Assembly (NCBI GenBank): GCA_963823665.1
Contig: CAWGMQ010000005.1
Span: forward strand, 1,504,001 to 1,568,000
DNA from: an uncultured Planctomycetota bacterium
GTDB taxonomy: Bacteria; Planctomycetota; Planctomycetia; Isosphaerales; Isosphaeraceae
DNA length: 64,000 nt
Reading direction: 5' to 3'
Part shown: positions 1-12,611 of the stretch, one piece after another
Numbering within the stretch: the stretch's first letter is position 1
How the letters are laid out: each line of letters starts with the position of its first letter
The notes under the pieces: generated by a model
Databases searched by the model: none
Seen by the model: the letters and a program-made list of their open reading frames with translations, nothing else
Told to the model about the DNA's origin: nothing
Program-made: the position numbers and the translations under genes

Positions 1-870
1 CTTGTTGATGAAGGGCGGATTCTTGGCGCCGCGAAGCTTGGCAATACCCTCGACCGTGCTGGCAAGGATGCGCGCCAGCGGCCGAGGAATGCGGCGGGTG
101 GGGTGCTTCAAGCCGGCGAGCTCGGCGACCCGGGAGACGAACTGCCTCTTGGTCACGAGCTGACCGTCCGTGAGGTTGAACACTTCACCCACGGCCGCCG
201 GACTCTCGGCGGCGAGGAAGATGCCTTCGACAAGATTTTTGACATAGATACAGTTGAGCGCTTGTTCTCCGGAGCCGAAGTAGGTGAAGAGACCGCGCTT
301 CAGGCTATTGATCAATTTGGGAAGGACGGTGCGGTCGCGCTCGCCGTAGATGAAACCGGGCCGCACGACGGCGGCGGGTAATCCGTGCTCGCGGTGATAT
401 TTCAAGACGAGGGCTTCGGCTTCGGTCTTGGAGCGGGTGTAGGCATCGAGCGAGCTGGCGGCGGGGGGGACGGTCTCGTCGGTTCCGTGGTGATCGCGGC
501 CTTCGTAGACACCGAGAGAGCTGACATGAACGAGGCGTTCAACTCGAGCTCCGGAGGCGACTTCGAGCAGCAGGCGAAGCGCGTCAACGTTCAATCGCCG
601 GAATTCGGCGAGGGTACCCCAGTCACCGACCTTGGCGGCGCAATTGAACACCCAGTCGGCGCCTGATGCGCCGGCTCTCAATGCCTGGGCGTCTTCGAGG
701 TCGCCAACCACGGTCTGCACGCCCCACTGATCGAGCCAGCGGGTGTCACTCGAGGGTCGGACCAGCGCTCGGACTCGGTGGCCGCGCTTCAGGGCTTCTT
801 CGGCGGCGTGGCTGCCGACCAGTCCGGTGGCACCCGTGATGAAGATCGTTTTCACAGACTTCGTGTCCAT
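1..870 (-). CDS. NAD-dependent epimerase/dehydratase family protein (3' end runs off window)
   Basis: Hand translation from ATG at 870: MDTKSVKTIFITGATGLVGSHAAEEALKRGHRVRALVR, a Rossmann GxxGxxG motif. Missing from the ORF track because the stop lies outside the window. Confidence 0.9.
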   Translation of the reverse strand, partial: MDTKSVKTIFITGATGLVGSHAAEEALKRGHRVRALVRPSSDTRWLDQWGVQTVVGDLEDAQALRAGASGADWVFNCAAKVGDWGTLAEFRRLNVDALRLLLEVASGARVERLVHVSSLGVYEGRDHHGTDETVPPAASSLDAYTRSKTEAEALVLKYHREHGLPAAVVRPGFIYGERDRTVLPKLINSLKRGLFTYFGSGEQALNCIYVKNLVEGIFLAAESPAAVGEVFNLTDGQLVTKRQFVSRVAELAGLKHPTRRIPRPLARILASTVEGIAKLRGAKNPPFINK

Positions 871-1099
871 GTTCTTGCACACCCTTGCGAAAGGCGGAGT
901 ATCCGTTTGAGGAGACCATGGTACCGCATCTCCGTAAAAGCGAGATAGGGGTGGTTTTCCAATCGGTGGTCGGTGTAGGCTTTACTGTTCGGAGGTGTTC
1001 GGATTGACCGGAACCGAGACAGGGTCTAGGATTCGCAATTCCATCCCTCCCTGGTCACGAAAAAAGAAGAAAGCGCGGTGCAAAAGAAGGGCGGGATTC

Positions 1100-1486
1100 A
1101 TGGGTGCTGTTTTCAAGTCCGAGGAGCTAGGGGTCATTCAGGAAACGCTTGAAGGATTGCGGGCTCGACTGCGAGGCGACCTGCACCAGATGACGGATGA
1201 AGCCTTGGGCGGAGACAACGGGGGCGGGACGGGCAATCTGTCCAATGTTCCGCTGCACATGGCCGACTTGGGGACGGACAATTACGACCAGGAATTCACG
1301 CTGGGGCTGATCGAGAACGAGCAGAGCACGCTTGAACTGGTCAACGAGGCGCTCAGCCGCATGGAAAAGGGAACATATGGCTTGTGCGCTGAGTGCTCCG
1401 AGCCAATTTCGAAGCCGCGGCTGCAAGCGATTCCGTATGCGAAGTATTGCATTCGTTGCGCAAGGAAGCTGGAGGGTGAGGAATGA
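1100..1486 (+). CDS. TraR/DksA family C4 zinc-finger regulator
   Basis: PLHMADLGTDNYDQE coiled-coil tip and CAEC...CIRC zinc finger; ATG at 1100. Confidence 0.9.
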   Translation: MGAVFKSEELGVIQETLEGLRARLRGDLHQMTDEALGGDNGGGTGNLSNVPLHMADLGTDNYDQEFTLGLIENEQSTLELVNEALSRMEKGTYGLCAECSEPISKPRLQAIPYAKYCIRCARKLEGEE

Positions 1487-2151
1487 GGGATGAACGGCGC
1501 GTGGGTGTGGGGCGCTGGTTGCTCTTCTGGTCGATCGCCCTGGGCGGGACGGCGTTTGACCTGGTGACGAAATCGCTCATCTTTGCTCGACTCGGTCACC
1601 CCCATGCGCAGACTTATCCGATCGTCCCCAAGATCCTCGAGCTGCGCACCAGCGAAAATACAGGTGCGCTCTGGGGCATCGGTGCCGAGCTGCCTGGCAG
1701 CAGCCTGATCTTCGCGGGGCTCTCGGTGGTGGCCGCGATCGTGATCTTCTATTACCTCTTTGTGCTGGGGGCAGCAGCGAGCCGGGTGCTGACCGTCGCA
1801 TTAGGTCTGATCATGGCCGGCGCGATGGGGAACTGCTACGACCGGCTGACGCTCGGGCATGTGCGGGACTTCGTGCACTTCCACGTCGACGCGATCAACT
1901 TCGATTGCGCGATCTTCAATTTTGCCGATAACATGCTGGTCATCGGTGCTTGCACATTGCTGCTTTATGCGCTTCGGCCTGAAAAGCAACGGCCGGAGCA
2001 GGAGCAGGAGAGCGCCCTGCGCCATCGGGTGACGTGGAAGTTGCGGGTGATGAGGCGTCGCCCCATTCGCGGCATCGGCAAGCAACGCTGCCGAGCGCAT
2101 CGCCGGCTCCGTGATCGTCGTCGTGCTTATCGAATGCGTCAGACGTCATAG
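1483..2151 (+). CDS. lspA: Lipoprotein signal peptidase II (C-terminal extension doubtful)
   Basis: DLVTK, NTGALWG, GAMGNCYDR, VRDF and FNFAD motifs. The Arg-rich tail overlapping glnA may be a frameshift artefact. Confidence 0.9.
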   Translation: MRDERRVGVGRWLLFWSIALGGTAFDLVTKSLIFARLGHPHAQTYPIVPKILELRTSENTGALWGIGAELPGSSLIFAGLSVVAAIVIFYYLFVLGAAASRVLTVALGLIMAGAMGNCYDRLTLGHVRDFVHFHVDAINFDCAIFNFADNMLVIGACTLLLYALRPEKQRPEQEQESALRHRVTWKLRVMRRRPIRGIGKQRCRAHRRLRDRRRAYRMRQTS

Positions 2152-3550
2152 TAGAGGGCGAACTCGTACGGATGCGGGCGAACGCGAATCGTTTCGACTT
2201 CGTGGGTTTGTTTGTACCAGATCCAGGTGTCGATGACGTCGGGAGTGAAAACGTCGCCGCGGAGCAGGAACTCGTGGTCGGCTTTGAGGGCTTCGAGGGA
2301 GGCTTCGAGCGAGCGCGGGGTGGCCGGAACGGTGTCGAGCTCTTCAGGCTGGAGGTCGTAAATATCCTTGTCGAGCGGCTCGCCGGGCCGCATCTTGTTC
2401 TGAATTCCGTCAAGGATCGCCATGAGCATGGCGGGGAACAAGAGATAGGGATTGGCCGCGCTGTCAGGCCCGCGGTATTCGATGCGCCGGTTTCTGGGGT
2501 TGGCGCTATCGAGTGGCACCCGCACGATCGCGGCGCGGTTGCGCCTGCTGTAAGAGACCTTGGTCGGGGCCTCGAAGCCCGGGACGAGCCGCTTGTAGCT
2601 ATTGGTCGTCGGGTTGGCAAACGCGGAGAGCGCCTGGGCGTGCTTGAGCAAGCCGCCGATGGCGTAGAGCCCCAAGTCGCTCAAGCCCGCATAACCCTGC
2701 CCGGCCAGAAGCGGCTGATCGTCTTTCCAGAGCGTCAAGTGAGTGTGCATGCCGGAGCCATTATCTCCGAAGAGCGGCTTGGGCATGAACGTGGCGGTCT
2801 TACCGCTCCTGCGGGCGACGTTGCGAATGATGTACCTGGCGAGCACGACGTGATCGGCACTGGGTACGAGGGGACGCGGAACGAGATCAATCTCGCACTG
2901 ACCGCCGGTGGCCACCTCATGGAAATGGGCGGTCGTTCCGATCCCGCAATCCGCCATGCGCTGGGCCATCTCCGAACGCAGGTCGACCAGGCTGTCCGTC
3001 GGCGGACATGGGAAATATCCCAGGCCTGACCCGGGCTTATATCCCAGGTTGGGCGATTCATTGCGTCCACGGTTCCAGATGCCTTCGACCGAGTCGACGT
3101 AGTAAAAGCACTCGTGGCCGCTCTGCTCGAAGCGGACGTTGTCGAAGACGAAAAACTCAAGCTCAGGTGCCAGCAAACATTGATCGGCCAGCCCTGTGTT
3201 CCGCATGTAGCTGACGGCTTTGCGGGCGATATTGCGGGGGTCGCGGGTGTAGTCCTGATGGGTGATGGGATCCTGGATGTTGCAGATCATCGTGAGCGTG
3301 GACTGCGCCGGGAAGGGATCGATCAGCGCGGTCTCGGGCTGCGGAACGACGAGCAGATCGGCCTCGTTGATTGGCGCCAGCCGACGATGCTCGAGCCGTC
3401 AAAATGCCGGCCTTCTTCGAATGTCTCTTCCGTGAGGGAATCAGCAGGGATCGAGAAATGCTGCCAGACCCCCGGAAAATCCATGAATCGCAGGTCTATC
3501 GTGGTGACCTCGCGCTGCCGGATCTGGGCCAGAACTTCTTTCGGAGTCAC
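2139..3550 (-). CDS. glnA: Glutamine synthetase type I (single-base frameshift near 3373)
   Basis: N-terminal part TPKEVL..IDLRFMDFPGVWQHFS..FDGSSIVGW from GTG at 3550 continues in another frame into ATFMPKPLFGDNGSGMH, NSYKRLVPGFEAP and RPHPYEFALYYDV. Confidence 0.93.
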
Positions 3551-3591
3551 GCAACATCTCCCAAATGGCGTTACGCGGGCAAGTCGGGGAG

Positions 3592-3728
3592 ACCTTCGGT
3601 CCAGGAACGGGCGGGGTCTGGAGACCCGCGCCCAACACTTCACCTTCGGTCCAGGACTGGGCGGGGTCTGGAGACCCGGGCCTGACACTTTCCCAGGCCT
3701 CGGCCGGGTCAGAACACCCCCGCCCAAC
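3592..3728. repeat. Tandem ~60-bp palindromic (REP-like) units upstream of glnA
   Basis: ACCTTCGGTCCAGGA..GGGCGGGGTCTGGAGACCC occurs twice, plus a degenerate third copy. Confidence 0.75.
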
Positions 3729-3897
3729 AGATCTTCGGTCCGCGCTCGGACACCGAGCAGTCTATCGAATCACAAGGGGCAAAGTCTGCGCAAGGGACAA
3801 AGAGCGCGCCTCCAGCCCCGACGCCCCTTGACCGCGGCCGGTGGGCGGGTATGCTTTAATGCTGTTGACACTGAATCTCAGTCGCTGGAGAGAATTC

Positions 3898-4212
3898 ATG
3901 GCAGGCCGGACTGTGCTGGCAACGTTGGGTGGCAAGCGTCCATCGCAGCGTCTGGAGGTCGGCTTGTCGCAGGGTGAAGACGGGCGGTTGCTGATCGACT
4001 TGCGAGAACAGCACCACGCGGAAGGAATCGGCTGGTTTGACCAACGGCGGCTCGAGCTGGATGCCCTTCAGTTTCAACAACTTCAGGCGGTGCTGGCTTT
4101 GAAGTCGGAGGCATCGGAGGCCGCCATTGCCGAGGAGCCGGCGACGATTCCATTCCCCGGGCCGTCGACCAATTCTGCGTGCCGGAAGGCTGTGGGCAGC
4201 GATCGTTCGTAG
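3898..4212 (+). CDS. Hypothetical protein
   Basis: 104-aa ORF with protein-like sequence (IDLREQHHAEGIGWFDQRRLELD); no function recognised. Confidence 0.65.
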   Translation: MAGRTVLATLGGKRPSQRLEVGLSQGEDGRLLIDLREQHHAEGIGWFDQRRLELDALQFQQLQAVLALKSEASEAAIAEEPATIPFPGPSTNSACRKAVGSDRS

Positions 4213-4249
4213 GCGGTGGCTCGTGGCCGGGTCGATCGCCAGTTTCTTC

Positions 4250-4312
4250 GTAGGGTGGGTGCAACCCAACATACCACATAGCGTTAGGGCTGGTGGGTTG
4301 CACCCACCATAC
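4250..4312. repeat. Inverted REP doublet (GTAG-type)
   Basis: GTAGGGTGGGTGCAACCCA...TGGGTTGCACCCACCATAC between convergent genes; second copy at 47317-47379. Confidence 0.8.
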
Positions 4313-4391
4313 GTGACGTGCTTTCCGAATGCGCCGTGAGGTGGGCTTCGGGTTCGGGCGTTTCTAGCCGATTATTCACGGCTTCGCCGGG

Positions 4392-4856
4392 TCAGCCAAC
4401 TTTCTGGCGGCTTGGTTTGGCATGGCCGCTGACGGCCAGCTCGCGCTTGTTGAGCAGTTTTTCGAGGTGGTCGACCCCTTCTTGCTCCTCCCTGCAGATG
4501 TCTTCAAGAACGACGCGGAGCGCGACGTCTCTCTCGCCGCAGAGCTCGAGTGCCTCGGTGTAAAGCTTGACCTGGAGGCTTTCGACTTCGAGCGAGTATT
4601 CGAGCATTTCGTGCAAGTCGGTTGATTGCTTGACGGCGCCTCGTTCGACGCTCGGCACGCCGCCGAGTGACGTAATCTTGTCTCCCACCAGATGGGCGTG
4701 CTTGAGCGCTTCTTCGCCGTTTTCGCGAAAGAACTTGTAGTAGACCTCGCGCCAGGTGTCCTGAACCAGGAAGCTGAACTGGGTGTACTGCACCAGCCCG
4801 GCGTATTCCCATTTGAGGATCTCATTGAGCTTGTCGATCAGTTTGGCTTTATCCAT
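4392..4856 (-). CDS. Ferritin-like / bacterioferritin-family protein
   Basis: LNEILKWEY..QY, EEALKH and EEQEGVDH ferroxidase-type four-helix motifs. Confidence 0.88.
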   Translation of the reverse strand: MDKAKLIDKLNEILKWEYAGLVQYTQFSFLVQDTWREVYYKFFRENGEEALKHAHLVGDKITSLGGVPSVERGAVKQSTDLHEMLEYSLEVESLQVKLYTEALELCGERDVALRVVLEDICREEQEGVDHLEKLLNKRELAVSGHAKPSRQKVG

Positions 4857-5172
4857 GGTGACGTCCCGTTTTTCTTGATGGGAAGGTCGGAAAGGGTTTG
4901 TTCGCGTTCGATGAACGCAATTTTAGACGCTCCGGACGGGAAATGAAACCCAAGCGGAGGTCGTCGGGGTTGCGTCGAAGGGCGAGAAGATCATGCCAAT
5001 GGCTAACGAATGTGCCGAGGGGTGAGGGAGGCGCCGAGGGCTGAAGGCCGAGGGGTGAGTTTCTTGTGAACGGCCTGGAAAGGTTTCCGCATAGCCCCCC
5101 TATATCTCAGTAGGTGATACCCGGAACCGGAGGCTTCAGCAACGTGCGCTGAAAGGCCAGAGGAGTGCATCT

Positions 5173-8100
5173 GTGTCGAATTTTCCACGTCGTCGGATCA
5201 CATCCGTTCATCGCCACGTTTGCCGTCCCTGGGTTCAGGCCCTGGAAGAGCGGAGGCTCTTGACGACGTTTGTCGTCAGTAATCCCAACGCGACGGACGA
5301 CTTGACGTCGCTTCAAGGCATTCTCGCCAGCCCCACGCTGGCGCCGGGCGACGTCATCACGTTCGACAATGCGACGGTCAGCACGATATCCACCATTGGA
5401 TCATTCTTCGTTCCGGCCGGCATCACCATCACGAATACCGGGAATACGCCCATCACGATCGAAGGGAGCGGAGCGCAAAGCGATTTTGAGATTCTGCCGT
5501 TCGACGGCTCAAATGTGCAAGATCCGAACAATTTTTCCGACACTTCGACAACGACGCTGAATGGACTCAACATCATCGGAGGCGGCCTTGGAAGCGACGT
5601 GGAGATCCCCGGTGGCGGCGGTGTTTACTTCAACTCGGATCAAAACAAAGATGCACTGTCGCTCAAGATCACCGATTGCTCGATCGACGAAAACGGGGCC
5701 CTCACCGGCGCCGCCACCGGCGGGTTCGATCGGGGCGAGGGCGGAGGAGTCTATTACAGTGGGAATGGAACGCTCTCGATGCTCAACAGTACGATTTCCA
5801 ACAATGTGGCTGGTTTTGCCGGCGGAGGAATCTATGCCACCGCCGGCAAGCTGACGATCGCGTGCAGCACAATCGCCGACAACACCGTAGACGACACGGT
5901 CGGCCGTGGCGGAGGAATCGACGCGCCCGATCTCGAGCTACAGAACACGATCGTCGCGACGAATGGAGGACCTGGTCCCGTGCCGTTAGAGGATCTCAAC
6001 GCCGACACGATCCAATCGCTGGGTAATAATCTCATCGGCGTAGACCCGCGACCGTATTTCACCGAGTTCGGTATCCCGACGGACATCAACTTCTTCGGCA
6101 GCGACTTGATCGGTGTCGATATCAGCCAGACCCTGGGCTTTCTCGGGTTCAACGACGGACCGACCATGACCCAGGCACTTTTGCCGGGGAACCCCGCCAT
6201 CGATCATGGCAGCAACAACATCGTCGATTTCCCGACACCGCTCTTCGACGAACAAGGCGATCCTCGGATCGTGAACGGCACGATGGACATCGGCGCCTAC
6301 GAATTCCAGTCCGACGCCGACGTGACGATCACTCCGTCGGATAACCCGGCGGTCTACGGTGAGCAGGTGGGGTTCCAGGTCAACGTATCCGACGACAGTG
6401 GCAACGACCAGGTGCCCACCGGCAACGTGCAGCTTCAGATCGATGGAGGCAATGTCGGCAATCCGGTCACGCTAGACGCAAGCGGCGACGCGACATTTCC
6501 GGCTGTCTCCGACTTGAGGGCCGGCACGCACACCGTCGTCGTCATCTATTCGGGAGACAGCAAGTTCCTGGGTGTGAACGCCCCCTTACCCGGCGGGCTT
6601 GTGGTCGAGCCGGCTGTCCTGGCTTTCGAAAACCCGCCAACGACGCTGGTGGCCGGGCAGGTTTTCGACCAGAAAATCGAGGTTGAAGACGAAAACGGCG
6701 ACGTCGACACCACTTACTCGGGAACCGTCGGAATGATCTTGAACAGCACGACGGGAGTCGCGCTAGAGGGAACGACGACCGTTCCCGTGAGCGACGGCAT
6801 CGCCGACTTCAACAATTTGCAGATCCCCACGCCGGGCGCGCAATATTCGCTCACCGCGATTTCCGACAACGCCACCATGGCCACGACCGAGCAATTCCCG
6901 GTGACCGAGGACCACCTGGATTTCACACAGTTACCAAACCCAATGATCGTCGGCCGGAAAAATTTAATCGTCGTGACTCTGGAGAACGCGAACGATGAGC
7001 CCGACAGCAGCCTGGACGGCCAGACGGTGCAACTGAATACCGACCCCAATAATGATGCAGACGACCATATCAATCTGATCGACACCAGCGCCACGTTGCA
7101 GAACGGCGTTGCCACGTTTAGCGGGTTCATGGTGTTTCCGGCCGCGACAGGCTACACAATCGTCGCGCAGACGCCAAATGCCGAGAGCGTGACAAGCACC
7201 CCCTTCGACGCGGTCAATGACGCGTTTCAGTTCACCCAGCAGCCGGCCAACCGCGAAGTCGTGGGGCAGCCATTCACTCCCCAGGTGCTTGTGACCCTGA
7301 TGGGTCCCAAGGGACTACCCGACTCGGGCTTTGACGGCCAGACTGTGACGCTCAGCCTCGCTCAGGACCCCAGCAATGGAACAGCGAAGCTATCAGGCAA
7401 CACGGCGACATTGCTAGGCGGCGTCGCGGTCTTTCCCAATCTTTCCCTGGACACGGAGGGAGACGGCTACGTGCTTCAGGCGACGATCACGGCCTCCGCG
7501 GACGACCTGACGCCCGGTCAGAGCAACGCGTTCGACGTCGTCCCATCCCAGATCTTGCATTGGACCGGCTCGGGTGACGGCGTTAACTGGAGCGACCCGA
7601 ACAACTGGCAAGAAAAGGCTGCGCCGGATCCCAATGACAACGATACCCTCATCTTCCCGGCTACCGGCGCGCCCTCTCGAGCACGAACAACGTTACGGAT
7701 TTGACGCTCGAGGGCATCGACATCGAGGGGGGCGGCTACAAGTTGAGCGGCAACTCGGTCGCGCTGCTCGGCACCCTGACGAGCGCGAGCGGTAGCAATA
7801 CCTATTCAATCCCAACCACGCTGGGCGGCGGATCCGTGACGATGAACGTCGCAACCCTGAGCAAGCTCGAGATCACGTCGCCCTTCAACGGCCCCGGAGG
7901 GCTGACGCTAACCGGCGGCGGCACGCTGCTGCTGGATCAGAGCAACACCTACACGGGCGATACGACGATCTCTAACGGCACGCTTGCGTTCGCAACCAAC
8001 AATGCCCTGGGAATCGGCACGCTGCATCTGGCCGGTGGAACGTTGCAGAGCAATGCAACCGGCGACGTCTCGCTTGACAATCCCATCCGCATGGAAGCCA

Positions 8101-11100
8101 GTTCGACGATCAATGTTGGCAATGGACTGATCTTCCAGGGGTCGTCTCCGGACGAGCAACCCACAGTGACGGTGGCAGCGAACTGCACGCTCAACGTCGC
8201 CGGAGGTAACCCGCAAGGCGACGGTTTAACTCTTGGCGATCTTTCGTCGCAAACAACTTCGAGCTCCACGCCCGTTACGCTTGGTATTGCTAGCGACGAC
8301 GAGTCGGTGGTGGGAATCGTAGGGCTGGTCGACGGCTCTCTCAGCGCCAATGGTGATGTCGATCTGATCGTCGTAGCCGATCCCGGCTCGGTTGGTGCAA
8401 TCGTGGCGGGTGGCCAGCCGGGCGATGATGCTGTCGTCGAGCTGGGCGGCGATCTCGAAAACCTTCCGCTCAGCGGCTCGGACACGATCACTGCGGAAGC
8501 CGGCGGCACCGTCAAGGGATTGATCGCTAACCCTAACTTCTCGGGCACGATTGTTCTGAACGGCGGCACGGTCAAGGTCGGGGTCGATAACGGGCTCGGG
8601 ACGGGAACCATCCAGGTTGGCCTGGCGGATTCGGACGGCTCATCGGCCGTCGGACTTTTACAGAACATCAGCGATAGCGATCTCGATCTGGACAATGCGC
8701 TCAAGTTTTATCAGAGCGCCACGTTCAGCGTCGGGGCCGGAATGTCTTTCGGGGACGTGGATGATCCCACACCACCCGGAGTCGAAATCGCGGCCAACAG
8801 CAGCCTTACCGTTACCGGTCAAACTTCGGCGTCGTCCAGCCCAGCACTGGTCTTTTTCGGGAAGATGACCTCGGATAGCGGCACCGATTCCAATTCTACG
8901 CCGTTGACTCTCGATCTCTTGGCGGCTTCCGGCGTGTCGGTCGAATGCAACGGGGAAATTGCCGGCTCCTTGGCCGCCCAAGGCAGCACCGACTTGGAAC
9001 TGTTTGCAACAATCGACCCGGGCGCGTCGGTTACCGCGGGCGGTGCAGCGAGTGACCAATCCGTTGTCGAGCTCAACGATTCGACGGGCTCGGGCACGGT
9101 CACCGCGGATGCCGGCTGCACTGTCAAAGGAACCGCCAACAACAGCGCTTTCGCCGGCACGATCGTTCTTGACGGTGGCACGGTCAAGGTGGACACCGGC
9201 AATGGACTCGGGACGGGCACGATCCAGATCGGAACAGCGCAAACCGGAGACTCGTCAGCGGGGTTGTTGCAAAACTCGAGCAGCGAGGCGATCGGGCTCG
9301 TCAACAGCATCGAGTTCTTGGCCAGCGCGACGTTCAGTGTCGGCCAGGGAATGCAATTCAACGCGCCGGATCAGCCTGGCTCGCCGATCCCAGTGGAAGT
9401 TGCGGCCAATTGCACGCTAACGGTTACGGGCCAGAACAGCAGCGAGGGCCCCCCCATCTTGGAGTTCGCGGACGACCTGATTTCGGACAACGAATCAAAC
9501 TCCAATCCGTTCGCGCTCGACATTCAGGCGATTTCCCCGGCGGGAGTCGATTTGGGTGGCGCCATCGCGGGTACCGTGAACGCCATGGGGACCACCGATT
9601 TGTCGCTGACCGGGAATCTGGTCGCAAGTGGGTCAATCACGGCGCAAAACCAGTCCACCGTCGAGCTTGGTTTTGCCGCGCAGCAAATACAAGTGACGGG
9701 ATCGGGCACGATCACCGTGTTCAATGGCGCCACGATCAAGGCCTCGACCGCCAATCCCAATTTCTCAGGCACGGTTGTATTGAGCGGCGGTACGGTTCAG
9801 GTGGGTGTCAGTGATGGGCTCGGGACGGCGTTGATCCAATCGAATGCGGTCACCGGAAATACGCTCTCGAGCACGGACGACGACGTCCTTCAATTGGCGA
9901 ATGCGCTCAAGTTATCTGGCAATCTCACGCTCGATATCGGACCTGGGATCAGTTTCCGAAGACTTCGTAGCGGCTGCCGACACGGGCGTCGAAGTTGCTC
10001 AAAACTGCACGCTCACCGTAACCGGGGCCGAAGGTCAGGACCCGACTTTATCGTTTGTCGGCAACTGGACCTCCGACCAAAATGGGATTAGCCTCGCAAC
10101 TCTCGCCATCGCGGCCGATGAGGGGATTTCGACCTCTCTAGTCGGGGATGTTGCCGCAGAATTGACCCTCGCCGGCAGCACAGCCTTGGTCGTAGAAGGC
10201 AACCTCGACAATAACCTGATTTCGATCCGGGGAAGCTCCGGCTCCGTTCTCGTGCTAGGCAACGCCGCCACGGGAGTGCCGGTCACGGGAACTGGAGTAA
10301 AAATCATCGTCGATACCGGCGGCGTTCTGAAAGCCGCGATCGCAAACCCCAATTTGAGCGGCCAGATTATCCTGAACGGCGGCGTGCTGAGCGTCACAGC
10401 CAATGGCGGGACCGGCTTGGCGACGATTGTCCAGCAAGTCGCATCGACTTCGACGATCACCGGCGACCCGATCATCAATAGTCCTGTCGATGTAGAGGCA
10501 GGTACGCTCGACCTCCAAGGCCAACTGACGTTCACCCAGAGCATCACCGTCGCGGCCGGTGCCAACGTCGACGTTCAAAACGCGGGCACGAACGTTGCCC
10601 TCGAAGGTGCGCTTTCCGGCGGCGGCTCGATCGGTGTGGAGCAGAACAGCACATTCCTTGTCGCGAGCAGCAACAACCCGTTTTCCGGGACGGTGACCCA
10701 GGCCGGCGGCACAGTGACTCTGCTCGGTACCGATTCCTTGGGTACAGGTAAGCTTGTCGTTCCGGTTACCGTGCCGCCGGTGATCGTGACATCGGTCGAA
10801 TGGAGCTCGATTCGGGTCAAGACCGGCAAGGGCAAGCACGCCAAGACGAAATCCGAGCCGGCGCTTCGCGTCACCTATAGCGCCCCCGTTTCGGGCGCCG
10901 CCGGTCTTGGGGCGTATGAGCTGTCGAGCGTTACCACGAAGAAAGTGAAGAAAAAGTCTGTCACCGTCTTGAAGCCGGTTCGCCTGAGCTCGGTCGTGGC
11001 GGCCTCGAGCCCGAGTGCGACATCGGTCGAGCTGGTGCCGGCTGGTCGCTTCAAGATCGGGCCGAAGTACGAGCTGGAAATCATTGGGGCCGATCTCGGA

Positions 11101-11289
11101 GACGCCCTAGGCCGCGCCCTGGACGGCAACGACGATGGCGAGCCCGGCGGGAACTTTGTCGCCATGTTCGGGCGCAGCGGCGTGCTGTTTGGGCTGCCCA
11201 GCGGCCGGCTCGGCTCTGGAGGCCTATCGTCCGCAGCGGTCGACGCGGTACTCGAGAGCACGCACGCCGGCGGCGATGCGGGCGACTGA
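5173..11289 (+). CDS. Large secreted adhesin-like protein (~2040 aa; frameshifts near 7672 and 9957)
   Basis: Planctomycete LEERRLL motif, beta-helix/choice-of-anchor-Q-like segment (SLGNNLIG..PAIDHG..DIGAYE), Ig-like domains, autotransporter-type beta-strand repeats (NTYTGDTTISNGTL) and a DGNDDGEPGGNF C-terminus. Three overlapping ORFs join into one. Confidence 0.85.
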
Positions 11290-11648
11290 AATTCCAAGGG
11301 CTGAAGAAGTGCCAACAAGAAGTGCCAAGGGCTAAAGGCCGTGGCTATTGACCGGGGCGCCGTTGGGGCCGTGGATACTGCCGGCGGCGATGGCGAAGAT
11401 CTCCGCACGATTCCGCTCAGTCGACGAGGTACGCCGAGCGGCCGGGGACGGGCGTCGCGGTGGGGTTTGGAGGCCGTTGGTTCGGTCAACGAGGCTGAGG
11501 CCACGGCGCGTCTTGGTGAACGCCTCCGGTACAGTGCTACCAGGGCGTGATGGACACGTCGACAAGATGCGCGCGGGCCGTCGTCATGGATGGATCTCCG
11601 GTTGTGGTTGGCGGAAGCTACGCGACTTGCCGGTAGGTGTCGAGATTG

Positions 11649-11727
11649 CGATGGGTGTCTTTACCCTTGCTCCCGGGATGGATGGGTGTCTGGCGCTCCT
11701 CGGGATGGATGGGTGTCTGGCGCTCCT
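11649..11727. repeat. Short tandem repeat containing ATGGGTGTCT
   Basis: CGGGATGGATGGGTGTCTGGCGCTCCT x2, plus a third ATGGGTGTCT core. Confidence 0.8.
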
Positions 11728-11854
11728 AACCTCCTACGACCGTGTGGTTCAGTCATTTGTGGATGCTTCAGGGCCCCTCGAGGCCGGGGGAACTTTTTCC
11801 GGGTCCGGCTGTATAACCTCTCAGCGGGAGTTCAGTGCACAAGGGCAGGGCGCC

Positions 11855-12190
11855 ATGAACGACGACCTCGATGCGATCCGGCGGGTGCTGGCGGCAGACG
11901 TCGAGTCGTTCCGCCGCCTCGTCGAGCGCTACCAGCGGCCGCTGTTGACACTGATCCGCAACCTGACGCCGCCCGACACCGACCATGAGGGAGTCGCCCA
12001 GGAGGTGTTCCTGGCCGCGTTCCGATCCCTGGCATCGTTCGACCCAAAGCGGTCGGCATTCTCGACCTGGCTGTTCACCATCGCCCGCAACCGCTGCCGC
12101 AACGAACTCGCCCGCCGGCGGCCGGTCGTGGGCGCCCTACTGCCGGACGTCGTCGATCTGCGGTCGCCCGAGCGGGCGGCCTCGGAAATG
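11855..12190 (+). pseudogene. ECF sigma-70 factor, region 2 only (truncated)
   Basis: FRRLVERYQRPL..AQEVFLAAF..FSTWLFTIARN; no region-4 HTH follows. Confidence 0.75.
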
Positions 12191-12200
12191 AGGTTTTCTC

Positions 12201-12524
12201 TTGAACACCCCAAACGCTCCCGCCCGCAGTCCGCTGATCGCCGTGATTCTATCGCTTGCCGCCACCGGACTAGGCCAGATTTACTGCGGCCGTATCGTCC
12301 GAGGCCTGGTGATGTTCCTCAGCTCGCTGCTGTTCGCGCCGGCGACCGTGGTGGCCGCCCTGTTGCCACCAGCGACCTTTGTTCTGGTCGGCCTGATCCT
12401 CGCGTTGCTGACAGTGCTGGGCGTCTATGTCTTTGCGGTCGTGGACGCCTTCCGCCTTGCCCGCCGCGGCCGTGATCTCTTCCAGTCAATGGACTACAAC
12501 CATCCGCTAGTCTACGCTCTATGA
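12201..12524 (+). pseudogene. Membrane protein fragment resembling the N-terminal TM region of some signal peptidase I proteins
   Basis: SPLIAVILSLAATGLGQIYCGR motif plus TM helices; stops before any catalytic domain. Confidence 0.5.
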
Positions 12525-12611
12525 GTCCGAGGAGTTGTTTGCAATTCTCGAATGTGCATTCGATCGCCCAGCGGTAGGAGTATGCTGTCAGGATCTGCCT
12601 GGCGCTCCACT

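Noticed and set aside
3592..3728. 60-bp repeats as a CRISPR array or glnA riboswitch
   Set aside because: Units are tandem with no unique spacers and look like dispersed REP-type palindromes; no riboswitch consensus recognised.
11348..12475. 375-aa ORF as an intact sigma-factor fusion
   Set aside because: Only 11855-12190 is sigma-like; the rest is repeat-derived or off-frame sequence.
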